A DNA stretch of 34,227 bases from Bigelowiella natans CCMP2755. Lineage: Eukaryota; Protista; Cercozoa. A program made the position numbers and the translations under genes. This document shows, piece by piece, positions 32,284-34,227 of the stretch (the first letter of the stretch is position 1; every line of letters starts with the position of its first letter). The notes beneath the pieces are model-generated. The model saw only the letters and a list, made by a program, of their open reading frames with translations, was not told where the DNA came from and did not search any database. Where the stretch lies: positions 1 to 34,227 of the forward strand of contig ADNK01001571.1 in NCBI GenBank assembly GCA_000320545.1, read 5' to 3'.

Positions 32284-33972
32284 ATTACATACGCACAGAG
32301 ATTGCGAGAGAGAAAGAAAGAGAGAGGGGGGGGGGAGAAAGAGAAATAGGGAGATAAGAAGGAGTACGCGCAACCGTATTGATGTTGAAAACGTATGATT
32401 TTTTTTCCATTGAATCAGGATTAGGTTAGTGGCAATGAATGAAACGAAAAGAAAGGGGGGGGGGAAGGACGAGAAAGAAGAAGAGATTCAAGATGCAAAA
32501 TTGCTAAAGTGTTTATTTCCTTCTGTCATCACTCCAAGAACATTATCGATCATTTTTGGTAATTGTGATTAGTAGTGATAGTAGATTTTAAAATTATTAA
32601 TGATGATAATAAAAAGAGAGAGAGAGGGGGGGGGGGGGGGGGGAGAGCGGAGTAATGATGACTAACTGCTACGATGTGCCTATCCTCCTTTAAATTGACG
32701 AAGTACACATCATCATCTTCATCAGTAGTATCCATAGATACGCTCCTTCTTCTTCTTCGGCTTCAAGCCACTCTCTGCTAATAATGCTATATTTACTACT
32801 ACCACTACTACTATTCTTTCCACCTACATAATACAGATGTGTGCGCTTCCTCATCCAATCCAAATGAGGCTGATAGATGGGTACTACCATCAAGAACTAC
32901 TGAAGTAGTAGTAGTCGTCAAATAAAACCTACATTTAAGTTCCAGTCGTTATCATCGTCGCCATCATCGTCATAACCAACATCCTCATCATTATCATCTT
33001 ATATCTTAGGAGGAATATTTGGAGAGAAAGTGTGATCAAAGCACTGAAATGAAAAGGCGATTTGATAATCCTAGCATCAATCTTGGCCTGGTTGGTGACA
33101 ATGATGATGATGATGATGATGAATACAGTAAGGAACATGAAAGAAGAAGAAGAAAACAAAAAACGAGAGGAATAGTAGTAGGAGAAGGATAAGGGGGGAA
33201 GGAGATGTGTGTTTGATGAAATGATTTTCAGGAGGAAATCCATTGCAGCATATCGATCATCGTGTAATTATCATCATCATTATCATCATCATCATCATCA
33301 TCATTTTTATGGTTCTTTTCTTGAGCAGTAACATCCCATTTAGTATGATCTGTGTGGTTTATCGTCATCATTTGATAGCTCTTCTAAGATTCTCTTGTTG
33401 ATGTTGTTGTTGGTATTATCGTTGGTGGTGGTGGTGGTGGTGGTATTGCCGTACTACAGGCCGCTGTTTATGCTGCCAAGGGGCAAATCAATCAAACGAA
33501 GACTGTATTGATAAATATAGATGTTTCTACTACTACTACTACTACTACTACTATTCCTATGATAAATATAGATGTTTCTACTACTACTACTACTACTACT
33601 ACTCCTTCAATTTTTCCGGTGGGTTAGTACATCTTGTTTGACGTTGATTCCTCTTCTTTCTCCTAAATTATAATAATAATAATAATAATGATAATAATGA
33701 TAATAATAATAGCGGATGAAAAGGTGGGTACAGATGATGCGACGAGTGCAACGAATTGATAGCAGTAGTAGTAGTGCTGGTGATGATGATGATCATCATC
33801 ATCGTCACCATCATCATGGGGAAGAAGAAGAAGAAGAAATCGGAGGACGAAGGATAAGAAAAAGACTACCAATAGAACAACAACAGCAACAACTAGGAAA
33901 GGTGATATAAGGAGGGGGAGGGGGGGGAGGATGCACAATATCTACCAGTATTACAGAATCTACTAGACGGAG

Positions 33973-34007
<35 letters not shown>

Positions 34008-34100
34008 TATCACTACTCCTACTAATTAATACTACTACAACATACAGCTCTCTTCTAGCTCCGAAAATGATGATGATGATGATGACTTCGCATCATTCTT
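24900..34100. repeat. Dense microsatellites ((CAT)n, (TAG/CTA)n, (TA)n, (GA)n, (CA)n, (GAA)n, (GCT)n), mostly intronic; similar density at 2250-5200
   Basis: Seen directly, e.g. 25320-25410, 28205-28590, 30125-30350. Confidence 0.95.
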
Positions 34101-34227
34101 ATCATCATCATGATGAACATCATCATCCAATGTTGCGAATTATGATGAGAAGGCGTGTTCCCGGCAACTCCATCCTCGAGATGAACAATTGCCAGTTAGC
34201 ATCAGGGTGATGATATTATACTTCTCG
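32690..34227 (-). CDS. Hypothetical multi-exon gene, 3' part (partial)
   Basis: Non-SSR open segments such as QAKIDARIIKSPFHFSALITLSLQIFLLR and VPIYQPHLDWMRKRTHLYYVGG lie between microsatellite-rich spacers. No domain recognised. Confidence 0.3.

Noticed and set aside
25048-33938. Many short ORFs with poly-L/Y/I/M/H/RE runs
   Set aside because: They are translations of intronic microsatellites.

Overview
Eukaryotic nuclear DNA with many short GT-AG introns, probably from an alga with a complex plastid. The LHC precursor has a signal peptide plus transit-like peptide, which is chlorarachniophyte-like; this taxon call is inference. Host genes: last exon of an ankyrin-repeat protein, a hypothetical gene, a SpoU/TrmH RNA methyltransferase, protein-L-isoaspartate O-methyltransferase (PIMT), a type-II membrane ORF, an intronless AP2-like DNA-binding protein, an LHCX/LI818-like antenna protein, a many-exon PPR-like gene and a partial hypothetical gene. 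Two features stand out. (1) An intact, very young Ty3/Gypsy LTR retrotransposon at 10721-16435 has identical 326-bp LTRs, a GTGA target-site duplication and an ATGA stop/start junction between Gag-PR and Pol. Its integrase ends in what looks like a degenerate DIRS-type DNA N6-adenine methyltransferase (Dam-like) domain. (2) Four discrete intergenic blocks (about 175-960, 8150-9270, 10200-10720 plus 16440-16900, and 19620-22000) have lost nearly all TpA and are rich in TpG/CpA, while CTAG is spared or enriched. This looks like a localized 'reverse-RIP' A>G/T>C hypermutation system. The young retrotransposon inserted into one of these blocks and is itself unmutated. All counts and alignments were done by eye.
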